Assembly: GCA_038108555.1 (NCBI GenBank)
Contig: JAYNIA010000006.1
Span: forward strand, 12,874-76,873
Source of the DNA: Nitrospinota bacterium
GTDB taxonomy: Bacteria; Nitrospinota; Nitrospinia; Nitrospinales; VA-1
Direction of reading: 5' to 3'
DNA length: 64,000 nt
In this document: positions 10,651-19,841 of the stretch, in pieces
Numbering within the stretch: position 1 is the stretch's first letter
Layout of the letters: each line of letters opens with the position of its first letter
Translations under genes and position numbers: made by a program
The notes under the pieces: model-generated
Database searches by the model: none
The model's input: only the letters and a program-made list of their open reading frames with translations
Told to the model about the DNA's origin: nothing

Positions 10651-10873
10651 TTTGCATGCCGGTTGTTGCTAAAAGGTAGGGCTTGAAAAAACGAGCTTTC
10701 TGACCTCTGATTATTGCCCAATTTTCCATTAATTTCAATGGGATTGCCCGTTGATCCCCTGCTTCTAACCCTCAAGTACTTTTCCTAAAATGCCGATTGG
10801 GATAAGATGATGGGGGAAATTGCAATAGATCCGGAGAGAAAACAGAAAGCTAATGACTGGAGAGGAAAATTAA

Positions 10874-12013
10874 ATGGGAAAAAGAGTATTGGTAACAGGA
10901 GGGGCAGGTTTTATAGGGTCCCATACTGTCGATGAATTGATTGCTCAAAATTACGAGGTTCGGGTTTACGACAATCTCAATCCACAAGTGCATGGAGAAA
11001 ACCCGGAAAAACCCGATTACCTGCATCCGGGTGCAGAATTTATCAGGGGAGATGTTCGAGACCGTGATCATTTATTTCGAGCCATTAAAGATGCTGATCT
11101 CATTATCCATGATGCGGCAGAGGTGGGTGTGGGGCAATCCATGTACTCTATCGACCAATACATTTCCACCAACGTTCAGGGAACAGGAGTACTTTGGGAT
11201 ATCCTGGTGAATGAAAAACATAATGTGGAAAAGGTTCTGGTGGCCAGCTCTATGAGTCTTTATGGAGAAGGTTCCTACGAATGCGAAGAGCATGGCAAGA
11301 TTTCTCCCAAACCCCGACCCGATAGTCAATTAGCTGAAGGACAATGGGAGATGCTTTGTCCAATATGCTCCATGCCGGTAACTCCCTTACCCACGGATGA
11401 AAATAAGGAGCTCGACTGCACATCGGTTTATGCGCAAAGTAAAAAAGATCAGGAGGTGTATTCCCTAATGATTGGTAAGGCACATAATATTCCCACAGTG
11501 GCTTGTCGCTATTTCAATTGTTATGGTCCCCGTCAATCCTTAAACAATCCTTATACCGGTGCAGCAGCCATTTTTTGTTCTGCAATAAAAAATGACACGC
11601 CACCTCTGATCTATGAAGATGGAAACCAGCGCAGGGATTTTATACATGTAAAAGACCTGGTGCGTGGCAAACTTCTTTTATTGGAACAGGCAGATTATGG
11701 TATCTTCAATATTGGAACAGGAAAACCTTTTTCCATCCTTGACCTTGCAGAAACACTTATTGAGCTTTGTGGAAAGTCATTTAGGCCGGATGTGATTTAC
11801 AAGTTTCGCAATGGTGATATACGAGACTGTTATGCCGATATATCAAAAATAAGTGAATTGGGTTTTAAACCTCAATATTCACTAAGAGAAGGATTGCAAA
11901 ACCTCATCGACTGGAGTGATGGGCAAAAAGCGGTTTCTAAAGTAAAAGACGCCCACCAAAAATTGGTTGATAAAGGACTGGTTCTCGAAACCCAACCGGT
12001 TCCCAGCAAATAA
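10874..12013 (+). CDS. NAD-dependent epimerase/dehydratase (WbiB-like NDP-sugar 4-epimerase)
   Basis: TGGAGFIG, AAEVGVGQSMY, SSMSLYGEG, Cys/His-rich insert (C..HG...CPIC), YAQSK, YGPRQSLNNPYTG. Confidence 0.85.
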   Translation: MGKRVLVTGGAGFIGSHTVDELIAQNYEVRVYDNLNPQVHGENPEKPDYLHPGAEFIRGDVRDRDHLFRAIKDADLIIHDAAEVGVGQSMYSIDQYISTNVQGTGVLWDILVNEKHNVEKVLVASSMSLYGEGSYECEEHGKISPKPRPDSQLAEGQWEMLCPICSMPVTPLPTDENKELDCTSVYAQSKKDQEVYSLMIGKAHNIPTVACRYFNCYGPRQSLNNPYTGAAAIFCSAIKNDTPPLIYEDGNQRRDFIHVKDLVRGKLLLLEQADYGIFNIGTGKPFSILDLAETLIELCGKSFRPDVIYKFRNGDIRDCYADISKISELGFKPQYSLREGLQNLIDWSDGQKAVSKVKDAHQKLVDKGLVLETQPVPSK

Positions 12014-12087
12014 ACTGCTTTTTTACCACAAACCCTGGAATCAATTCCTTTATTTCAGGTATATCCACAAAAAATCAGGGATAGGAA

Positions 12088-14307
12088 ATGTCAAAACGTA
12101 GTGCTCTATATTTTGGGGGAATATTCATTTTCACCTTTTTATTACTCACTCCCCTGGGTGTTTTTAACTCTTGGGTTCCCCCTAATATTCATAAAGGCTA
12201 TTACTCCGTCACAACCATCGATGCCGGGGATGACAGTGGTTACTACGCTTTCCTGCGCTCCACCCTGATTGATGGTGATCTCGATTTTTTTAATGAAAGA
12301 AATTACGCCCACGCTGAAAAAATCAATCCTACAGGTTATGTATTTAATAATTGGCAGATGGGGCAGGCGATTCTGTTTTTGCCATTTTTCCTCATAGGGC
12401 ATGCGCTGGCCCATTTTTACCAAAGCCTCGGTTACCCGGTGTCCACCGATGGTTATTCCGCTCCTTATTACATCTCTACTGCGGTAGCATCGGGCACCTA
12501 TTTGTTTGCAGGTTTATTTTTTGTATATCGAACTTTGCGTATGTATGCGCGAAAACGGGTCAGCATGTTGGTGGCAATTTCCGTTTGGCTGGCTTCTCCT
12601 TTGATATATTTTTCGTTCATTCGGCAACGAATGGCTCACACCTCCGAATTTTTCCTCGCTTCCATTTTAATTTTTATATGGATCCAATACCGGAAATCCA
12701 GAGAGCCAATGCATTATGCCGTGATTGGGGTCATACTGGGTTTGCTATCTATGACGCGGGTTATCAATATTGCTTTTTTTGCATTGTTTGCCGTAGACCT
12801 TCTATGGGAATTTCGTAAAGATTGGAAAACCAGCCCGGGTCAAGCCTTTAAGCAAACGTCCCTACTGGCGGGAACCCTGGGAGGATTCTTTTTCCTAACG
12901 ATGTTGCCACAAATTTATTGCTGGTACCAATTGAATGGAGTTCCATTTCCTCCACGGCATATGAAATTTGCCGGGGAAGGTTTGACAGGGATCAGTTTGG
13001 GCCCGCTATTTGAAAATCTGTATACCCTGTTTTTTGATGCTAAATGGGGATTGTTGTTTTCCATGCCACTCGCGGTTTTGGCTTTGATAGGTTTTTTCCT
13101 AAAAGACAGTTTTTCTAAAAACCTGCGCCCGGGTTTACTGGCGTATCTAGTCGGAATTTTTGGAATCATCCTGCTATATCCTGAAGACTCAGCCTCCTAC
13201 GGCCACCGTCATTTGATCTCCGCTCTTCCCGTATTTGCGATTGGACTGGGGATTTTGTTTCAACGTTTCTCAGGGGACAAGCCAAAGATAATAAAAACGG
13301 GTCCCTTCCTTTTTTGCCTGATAGCAATTCTGCTCCAGTTTTCCATGCTAGTTCAATATAAAGTGGTGTTGCCTTATAACCATCCAGAGTTTTCTTTAAA
13401 AGCCATTGGATCTACTTTCGATTTGGTTTCTGGGCACCCTCAACTATTGCTGCGTTCGAGCAATTTTTTCAATGTGATTTTTTTGGACCTTCCAGATTCC
13501 TGGGGTTATAGGGATGGAATGTTTCTTTTACTGTTTCCTTTATACCAATTGGTATCAGTTGCACTCGTCATTTTTTTATTCCATAAGGGATTTAAGGAAA
13601 AAGGGTTTTTGCCATCGATTCTGAGTCCCCGTACCTTTGTTATAAACAGCTCGATTTTAAGTGTGTTTTTGATGGTTGTGATTGGTTTTGCAGCCCCGAC
13701 CAAACCGGAAACGGAAATACAGTCCCGCTTAAAATACCTGGAGGCCTCGAAGAATGGAGAAATGCTTTTTAAGGGAGGGCAATTGGATGCCTCGCGCATT
13801 GCATTTTCTGAAGCCTCCCAGTACCTGCCTGTTGCCTGGAAACCCTATTTCCGAATTGGACAAACCTGGCAATCGCAGGGAAACCTCAATGAAGCGAATA
13901 AGAATTTGAGAATGGCGTTAAGATTCAATCCGGGATTCAGTCCGGGGTTGACCATGCTGGGAAACAATTTAAAAAGACTTGGAAAAGGGCCTGAGGCTGA
14001 AAAAGTTCTTCGTGAGGCCATTCGAAGCTGGCCCCATAATAAATATGCCTATGATTCGCTGGCTCATGTGTTGGCCACCCTCAACAAAAGGCCCGAGGCC
14101 ATACAAATGCTAAAACATGCTATAAGTATAGATCCGAATTATGGGGTTGGGCATGCAAATTTAGCCATGATATATTCCAGCCTCAAGGAAAACCAAAAGA
14201 GCCAGGAACATCTGAACCGTGCCATTCAGCTCGGGGTCCAGGGTCCGGTCATTGATCGAATTAAGTCCATTATTAATGGGAAGGCTCAAACTAATTTGAA
14301 AAAATAG
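12088..14307 (+). CDS. GT-C-like multi-pass membrane protein with C-terminal TPRs
   Basis: First TM then GDDSGYYAFLRS..IDGDLDF; about 12 TM segments; SYGHRH; TPR-like helices in the last ~190 aa. Confidence 0.75.
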   Translation: MSKRSALYFGGIFIFTFLLLTPLGVFNSWVPPNIHKGYYSVTTIDAGDDSGYYAFLRSTLIDGDLDFFNERNYAHAEKINPTGYVFNNWQMGQAILFLPFFLIGHALAHFYQSLGYPVSTDGYSAPYYISTAVASGTYLFAGLFFVYRTLRMYARKRVSMLVAISVWLASPLIYFSFIRQRMAHTSEFFLASILIFIWIQYRKSREPMHYAVIGVILGLLSMTRVINIAFFALFAVDLLWEFRKDWKTSPGQAFKQTSLLAGTLGGFFFLTMLPQIYCWYQLNGVPFPPRHMKFAGEGLTGISLGPLFENLYTLFFDAKWGLLFSMPLAVLALIGFFLKDSFSKNLRPGLLAYLVGIFGIILLYPEDSASYGHRHLISALPVFAIGLGILFQRFSGDKPKIIKTGPFLFCLIAILLQFSMLVQYKVVLPYNHPEFSLKAIGSTFDLVSGHPQLLLRSSNFFNVIFLDLPDSWGYRDGMFLLLFPLYQLVSVALVIFLFHKGFKEKGFLPSILSPRTFVINSSILSVFLMVVIGFAAPTKPETEIQSRLKYLEASKNGEMLFKGGQLDASRIAFSEASQYLPVAWKPYFRIGQTWQSQGNLNEANKNLRMALRFNPGFSPGLTMLGNNLKRLGKGPEAEKVLREAIRSWPHNKYAYDSLAHVLATLNKRPEAIQMLKHAISIDPNYGVGHANLAMIYSSLKENQKSQEHLNRAIQLGVQGPVIDRIKSIINGKAQTNLKK

Positions 14308-14313
14308 AATGAC

Positions 14314-14481
14314 ATGATTGATGAAATCGATTATTTCCCCAAGCGGGAAAGGCATAATAAAAAGAAAAAGGTTGATTCCGAATGGGATAACCTGAAGAAG
14401 CAAAAAAGCCGGCAGAACGAAAATCCCCCCAAGCCCCCCGATTCTCCCGAAAAAAAACCGCAAGAAAAAAAGAGAAATTAG
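14314..14481 (+). CDS. small Lys/Pro-rich hypothetical protein (55 aa)
   Basis: Manual translation MIDEIDYFPKRERHNKKKKVDSEWDNLKKQKSRQNENPPKPPDSPEKKPQEKKRN*; starts 6 nt after the upstream stop; below the ORF-track cutoff. Confidence 0.55.
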   Translation: MIDEIDYFPKRERHNKKKKVDSEWDNLKKQKSRQNENPPKPPDSPEKKPQEKKRN

Positions 14482-14573
14482 CCAAAACCCCTCCAGATTG
14501 TATATACTGCACAGATTCATCTACGTATAATGTTTATCAATTTACCGCTCAAAGTTCTCAGGAGTTTTTTGTC

Positions 14574-15860
14574 ATGCGTTTTAGTTTAGATTCTAAATAT
14601 CAATGTCTTCGATGGGCTGTTTTTCTCCTGCTCCTTTTTCCTGCGTCCGTGTTTGCAAGTGTCCAGGAAGAAACGTCAAAAGGCGATGCCGCTTTTAAAC
14701 GGGGTAAGATGAAAGAAGCAGAAAAATACTATTCTTCAGCCCTTAAAATGGATCCCGATAGTTGGCGTATTATGCGGGGTTTGGCGGAAACAAAATTCCA
14801 ACTGAAAAAGTACAGAGAAACCAAGCAGATTGTGGACCGCATCCGGGCCATGAAGATCATCAAAAGAAATACGGTTGTAGTAACTTTACAAGATGGTCAG
14901 ACATTTGAAGCAGAAATCGTAGATGAAAATGTTGTTCCGCCTGACGATGGCAGAAACAATATGAGAAATTATGTGGATGGCGAAGAAGCAAAGCCAGTCC
15001 TGCATTACCGCCTCTTCAATTTGAAAACGGGTAAAATGCACCTCATCCCGCATTCAGATGCTCAATTAAAATATAAAGGTGTTCCACGCCGTGTTTACGA
15101 CTATATGACCGAATTGCATTACAAGGTGGAAGATATTTTGATTGGTATGGAAAGCGAAAAAGGTCCGGTTGAAATGGTGGAAATTAAAGGTGGCTGTTTT
15201 CAGATGGGAAGTAACAAGGGAGCGGCTTCAGAAAGGCCGGTTCATGAAGTTTGTCTGAAATCTTTCCAAATGGATAAATATGAAGTCACCCAGGGAAGAT
15301 TTCTGGCGGTCATGGGTCATAACCCCGGACGTTTTAAAGGTGCCAATAATCCCGTTGAAAGAGTTACCTGGCACGAAGCGAAAGAGTTCTGTGAAAAGAC
15401 CCATAAACGACTTCCTACTGAAGCAGAGTGGGAATATGCGGCGCGTGCCGGAACGACTACGGAATATTATTGGGGAGATGAGTTTCAGGGAGGCAAATCC
15501 AACGTGTGTGATAGTACCTGTGACATGAATATAAGTGTGAAAAATGTTACGGATGGGTATGAATTCACGGCTCCTGTCGGTTCGTTCCCACCCAATCCCT
15601 GGGGTTTGCATGATATGGCAGGGAACGTATATGAGTGGACTGCAGATTGGATGGATGACAAGTATTACATGAAAAGCCCCAGAGACAATCCAAAAGGGCC
15701 GGAGCGGACAAATCCTTCAGATCGAAAGGGAGGGGGAGTTCGAAAAGTGCTCCGAGGAGGTTCTTTTGCAAGTGACACTGACAGTCAACGGTCCGCAGCC
15801 AGGAAAGGGTTTGTAGTTGATTACCGGATTGACCTTTTCGGTTTCCGTTGTGTCTTTTAA
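14574..15860 (+). CDS. secreted TPR + FGE-sulfatase (SUMF1) domain protein
   Basis: Signal peptide, N-terminal TPR, then FQMGS, ERPVHEV, YEVT, RLPTEAEWEYAARAG, PNPWGLHDMAGNVYEW, RGGS, GFRC. Confidence 0.88.
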   Translation: MRFSLDSKYQCLRWAVFLLLLFPASVFASVQEETSKGDAAFKRGKMKEAEKYYSSALKMDPDSWRIMRGLAETKFQLKKYRETKQIVDRIRAMKIIKRNTVVVTLQDGQTFEAEIVDENVVPPDDGRNNMRNYVDGEEAKPVLHYRLFNLKTGKMHLIPHSDAQLKYKGVPRRVYDYMTELHYKVEDILIGMESEKGPVEMVEIKGGCFQMGSNKGAASERPVHEVCLKSFQMDKYEVTQGRFLAVMGHNPGRFKGANNPVERVTWHEAKEFCEKTHKRLPTEAEWEYAARAGTTTEYYWGDEFQGGKSNVCDSTCDMNISVKNVTDGYEFTAPVGSFPPNPWGLHDMAGNVYEWTADWMDDKYYMKSPRDNPKGPERTNPSDRKGGGVRKVLRGGSFASDTDSQRSAARKGFVVDYRIDLFGFRCVF

Positions 15861-15885
15861 ATAGAAGTAGGGAAAAACCTGTTCC

Positions 15886-15922
15886 AAAAATCCTGCTCCT
15901 GAAAAGGGGCAGGATTTTTTTT
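15886..15922. terminator. bidirectional intrinsic terminator
   Basis: AAAAATCCTGCTCCT-GAAA-AGGGGCAGGATTTTTTTT between convergent genes. Confidence 0.85.
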
Positions 15923-15928
15923 GCCGTC

Positions 15929-17443
15929 TTATTTTAATTGATCCTTGATGATTTTCCCTGTGGCGGTTTTTGGGAAGGTCTCATAGAACTCGATCAGGTC
16001 GGGGATCATGAAGGCCGGTAAATTTTTTCGGCAAAACTCTTTCATTTCCTGTTCCGTAGCCTGAGCCCCTTCACGCAAAACGATGCAAACCTTTACTTTT
16101 TCCCCCACACGTTCATCAGGTATACCCACGGCAGCAACCTCTGCAGGTGCGGGGTGACCCATCAATACGTTTTCAATGGCTAGCGGGGATACATTTTCAC
16201 CGGCACGAATGATGAGGTCTTTTTTCCTGCCAGCAGAAATATAAAGCCTGCCTTTCTCATCCAAATGTCCCAGATCCCCGGTTTTGAGCCAGCCATCCGG
16301 TTGAATAGTTTCTCGGGTTTCATCCTGTCGTTTCCAATATCCGCTCATGACTGTTTTGCCACGAACCAGAATTTCTCCAATCTCGCCCTGATTCACTGTT
16401 TCCCCCGATTCGCTAACAATGTTTACCTCTACGTTCGGCAAAACAGGTCCTACGGACCCGGGAACACTGCCATCACGCATGCGGTTGACGGCGATCACCG
16501 GTGAGGTCTCTGTAAGCCCGTATCCTTCAATGACTGTCACGCCGAGGGTTTCTTCAACTTTTTTCAAAAGGGTTTCCGGTAAAGCGGCCCCTCCCGAAAT
16601 GCATGTGTGCAATGAAGAAACGTCATAGCCTCCACGTGAATAAAGGTCAACCAGAAACGAATAAATAGTAGGCACTAGAGGCAAAAAGGTCGCCTTATGA
16701 GTTGCTATGGCAGTCAGAATCGATTTGGGTTGAAATTGTTTGAGTAGAATTAATGTGGCACCCACGCGGCAAAAAACCAGGGCCATAATGTTGCCAAATG
16801 AATGGAACAGGGGAAGGGCGACAATCGCACTGTCTTCTGCAGAAATATCCAAATGCTCCAGGAACCCCGAACAGTTTTCATCAAACTGGTCTTCGTTAAG
16901 CATTACCCCTTTGGGTTTTGCAGTAGTGCCTGAAGTATATAGGATGGCGTCCGGAATCCCGGCTTCCCTTTCGTGTTTTCGATACGCGTTTTCCTTATTG
17001 CCGGATTTTAAAAAATCATCAAAGTGAAGAGTCCCGTCCCCCACTTGATTGATGTCGGCCGGGCCAACCAGGATTTTATTTGGAAAAAACTTAAAAAATG
17101 GACTGACCTCAGGTTTCACAAATGCGGAATCAACAACGAGGGTGTCGATACCGGCATCCTGGGCGATGAATGCAAGATCTTCAGGTTTCAAAAGAAAATT
17201 AAAAGGAATGAAAGGAATTCCTTTTAACAGGCAGCCGAACATGGCAATGAGATGTTCTTTCTGATTCAAACAAAGCAGCCCTACCTTGCTGTTTGCATTG
17301 AGTGGCAACTCAGAGAGGCCCGCTGCAAATGCCTCTACCTGATCGCAAAGTTCACGATAGGAAACCGTGCAATCTCCATCAATAATAGCAGCGGCCTCTG
17401 GCTGAATTTCTGCGTGAGATTTTAAGTAATTATAAAAAAGCAT
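15929..17443 (-). CDS. fadD: long-chain fatty acid--CoA ligase (AMP-binding)
   Basis: YTSGTTAKPKG, LPLFHSFG, EGYGLTETSP, TGDLG, PKTATGKI. Confidence 0.85.
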   Translation of the reverse strand: MLFYNYLKSHAEIQPEAAAIIDGDCTVSYRELCDQVEAFAAGLSELPLNANSKVGLLCLNQKEHLIAMFGCLLKGIPFIPFNFLLKPEDLAFIAQDAGIDTLVVDSAFVKPEVSPFFKFFPNKILVGPADINQVGDGTLHFDDFLKSGNKENAYRKHEREAGIPDAILYTSGTTAKPKGVMLNEDQFDENCSGFLEHLDISAEDSAIVALPLFHSFGNIMALVFCRVGATLILLKQFQPKSILTAIATHKATFLPLVPTIYSFLVDLYSRGGYDVSSLHTCISGGAALPETLLKKVEETLGVTVIEGYGLTETSPVIAVNRMRDGSVPGSVGPVLPNVEVNIVSESGETVNQGEIGEILVRGKTVMSGYWKRQDETRETIQPDGWLKTGDLGHLDEKGRLYISAGRKKDLIIRAGENVSPLAIENVLMGHPAPAEVAAVGIPDERVGEKVKVCIVLREGAQATEQEMKEFCRKNLPAFMIPDLIEFYETFPKTATGKIIKDQLK

Positions 17444-17547
17444 GGTTTATCTATATAAGTAATTCAAAAATAATAAGCCATTATAATCAAAAATTTTAAA
17501 GAATTGATAAAAGAGAGTATGGGCTTTTTTTTCTGAGGCATTTTGGG

Positions 17548-18429
17548 TTAAGACCGATATCGGCAAAAGAATCCGTTTGGAAGATTGAGTCCGGTAGAGG
17601 TATCGGGGATGAACATTTCTCCAGTTTCAAAATGACCCTTTGAAGTGGAAGGGAGATAGGTCCGCAACATATTTTCCAATGTAAGAGAAGAGAATCCCGG
17701 AGAGTGTGTCGTAAATAGCAGAAAAGCAGGGGAATCTGTGAGAATATTCCTACAGGCTTCCATGAATTCAGAAAGTTTGGTTTCGATCTGCCAGACTTCC
17801 CCTTTGGGTCCGCGTCCGAAGGAGGGTGGATCCATAATAATCGCTTCATATTTATTTCCCCGGCGGTGTTCCCTCTGCATATATTTCAAGGCATCTTCGA
17901 CGATCCATCGAACCGGTCGATCCCCCAAACCCGATAGTTCCAGGTTCTGGCGTGCCCAGTTGACCGAGGCTTTTGAAGCGTCTAAATGAGTGACATGGGC
18001 CCCCGCTGAGGCCGCTGCGAGGGTGCTGGCTCCGGTATACCCAAAAACGTTAAGTACTTTGATTTCTTTGCCGTTAAGCAGTTTAAGCTGGTCTATTATC
18101 CAAAGCCAATTGGGGGCCTGTTCGGGAAAAATTCCGATATGTCCGAATCCGGTGGGTTTGACGTTGAAAACGATGTCGCGGAATTTAATTTCCCACCCGT
18201 TTTCGGGAAGTTTGGAAAAAATTTTCCATTCGCCACCCGTATCTTTGCCCTTGAAATATTTATATTCCCCCTCTGCTTTTTTCCATTCTGAAGCAGGAAG
18301 GGATTTTGGCCAAAGGGCTTGTGGTGCTGGACGGCAAAATCGATGCGGACCAAATTGTTCAAGTTTTTGAAAAGAACCGGTATCCAATAATTGATACTCA
18401 AAATTGTCTAAAGGGTAAACGCTGCTCAT
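17548..18429 (-). CDS. class I SAM-dependent methyltransferase (RlmI/YwbD-like)
   Basis: FGHIGIFPEQ, VLNVFGYTG, HLDAS, MDPPSFGRGPKGEVW. Confidence 0.85.
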   Translation of the reverse strand: MSSVYPLDNFEYQLLDTGSFQKLEQFGPHRFCRPAPQALWPKSLPASEWKKAEGEYKYFKGKDTGGEWKIFSKLPENGWEIKFRDIVFNVKPTGFGHIGIFPEQAPNWLWIIDQLKLLNGKEIKVLNVFGYTGASTLAAASAGAHVTHLDASKASVNWARQNLELSGLGDRPVRWIVEDALKYMQREHRRGNKYEAIIMDPPSFGRGPKGEVWQIETKLSEFMEACRNILTDSPAFLLFTTHSPGFSSLTLENMLRTYLPSTSKGHFETGEMFIPDTSTGLNLPNGFFCRYRS

Positions 18430-18476
18430 GGTTGCGGTTTAAAATCTTTATTCGCTCTTGTGATAAAATTTAGTAA

Positions 18477-19841
18477 ATGAAGAATTATATCAGAAAATTG
18501 AATCGCAATCGTTGCGCTTCCCTTTGTCTTGTTTTGTTGATTTTTACCTCTTGTTTTCCTGCCGAAAAAGAAAAACCAACAGTTGAGAAAAAAGATTTCT
18601 CTCTTCCGGTTCAAATTGGGAAAGTTGTTTATATGAATCTGGCCGATGAGGTGCGTGCTTTCGGTAATATCGAATCAGGACAGGAACTGGCAGTTTCACC
18701 AGAAATAAAGGGCCGTGTGGCAATGGTTTTAGTTGAAAAAGGACACAAGGTAAAAGCCGGTGACCTGATTGCGCAAATTGATCCGGGGGATTATGAGCTT
18801 GTCCTGGAAAAGCTCTATGCGGACTTCTCTTCCTCTGAGGAGGAATTCAAAAAAGCCCGGGAGGGATTACGCCAGGAGGAAAAGGAAAGGTTGGAGGCGC
18901 AAACACGGGCTGCACAAAGTTCTCTGAAACTTGCCAAAGTAGAATTGAAGAGAACAAAAAACCTTGTCGAAAGAAAAGTTCTTCCCCAATCTGAACTGGA
19001 TGATGCGGAAGATAAAATTCGCCAGGCCAGTGAAACATTGAAAGCGAGCCAGGCGGAACAGGCAGCGGGAATGACTTCTCGCGTAGAGGAGATAGAAAAA
19101 CTGGGGTCTGAAATCGATGCCATTCGAAAACAGATCGAGGTAGCTGAAAACAACCTTTCAAAAGTAGATGTTTTGGCTCCGTTTGACGGAGTGATTATTA
19201 CCAAAGAAATTGACCAGGGGGCCATTGTTAGTCCGGGAACGGTTATTGTTTCTATGATTAGCTCTTCCAGATTTAAAGCTGTTCTTGAAATTCCGCAAGG
19301 TTACCGAAATAAATTAAACAAACTGAGAAAAGCCGATTTTTTCGTGAAGGAGTTGGGGTTGCGATTCAAGTACAGCAAAAACCTGAAGCGGATGATTCGA
19401 GTGATTCCCGATTCGAAAATTTTTTCCGGAAATATTAAAGTCCAAATCGATTTGCAAAATCCTGATTCGTCTTTGTATTCGGGTTTGACCCTTGAGAGTA
19501 AATTGAGTTTTGGAGTGCGCAAAAATGTCCTTAACGTTCCAGCCATTTCTTTGGTGAAAACCGAAAAGGGAACGGTGGTATATATTGTAAAAAATAAAAA
19601 AGCACACCCGGTTCCTGTGAAAGTTTTCCAAGAGCACGATGGATTTGTTGAGATCAAGGATACTACGCGTCAGTTAAATGCGGATGCAAAATTGATAATG
19701 AGAGGATCAGGGGCCGTTTTCCCGGAGGCCACCGTATTCATAACTAATCCCGAATCGGGTATGGAAACACCGTTAAACTCCGCATCCAAAGATAGTGGCA
19801 TGGAAAAACCTAAAGCTTCTGCGAAAAATCCGAAAAGCTGA
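18477..19841 (+). CDS. RND efflux periplasmic adaptor (membrane fusion protein)
   Basis: Lipobox (FTSC), lipoyl half-motifs (VKAGDLIAQID; APFDGVI), long coiled-coil hairpin; coupled to the downstream permease by TGATG overlap. Confidence 0.9.
   Translation: MKNYIRKLNRNRCASLCLVLLIFTSCFPAEKEKPTVEKKDFSLPVQIGKVVYMNLADEVRAFGNIESGQELAVSPEIKGRVAMVLVEKGHKVKAGDLIAQIDPGDYELVLEKLYADFSSSEEEFKKAREGLRQEEKERLEAQTRAAQSSLKLAKVELKRTKNLVERKVLPQSELDDAEDKIRQASETLKASQAEQAAGMTSRVEEIEKLGSEIDAIRKQIEVAENNLSKVDVLAPFDGVIITKEIDQGAIVSPGTVIVSMISSSRFKAVLEIPQGYRNKLNKLRKADFFVKELGLRFKYSKNLKRMIRVIPDSKIFSGNIKVQIDLQNPDSSLYSGLTLESKLSFGVRKNVLNVPAISLVKTEKGTVVYIVKNKKAHPVPVKVFQEHDGFVEIKDTTRQLNADAKLIMRGSGAVFPEATVFITNPESGMETPLNSASKDSGMEKPKASAKNPKS

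Noticed and set aside
10772..10799. sigma28-like promoter (TCAAG...GCCGATTG) upstream of the epimerase
   Set aside because: Spacing is one base off the consensus and the -10 match is imperfect.
15740..15860. Diversity-generating retroelement target (FGE/CLec C-terminal variable region)
   Set aside because: No reverse transcriptase and no near-identical template repeat were seen in the window.
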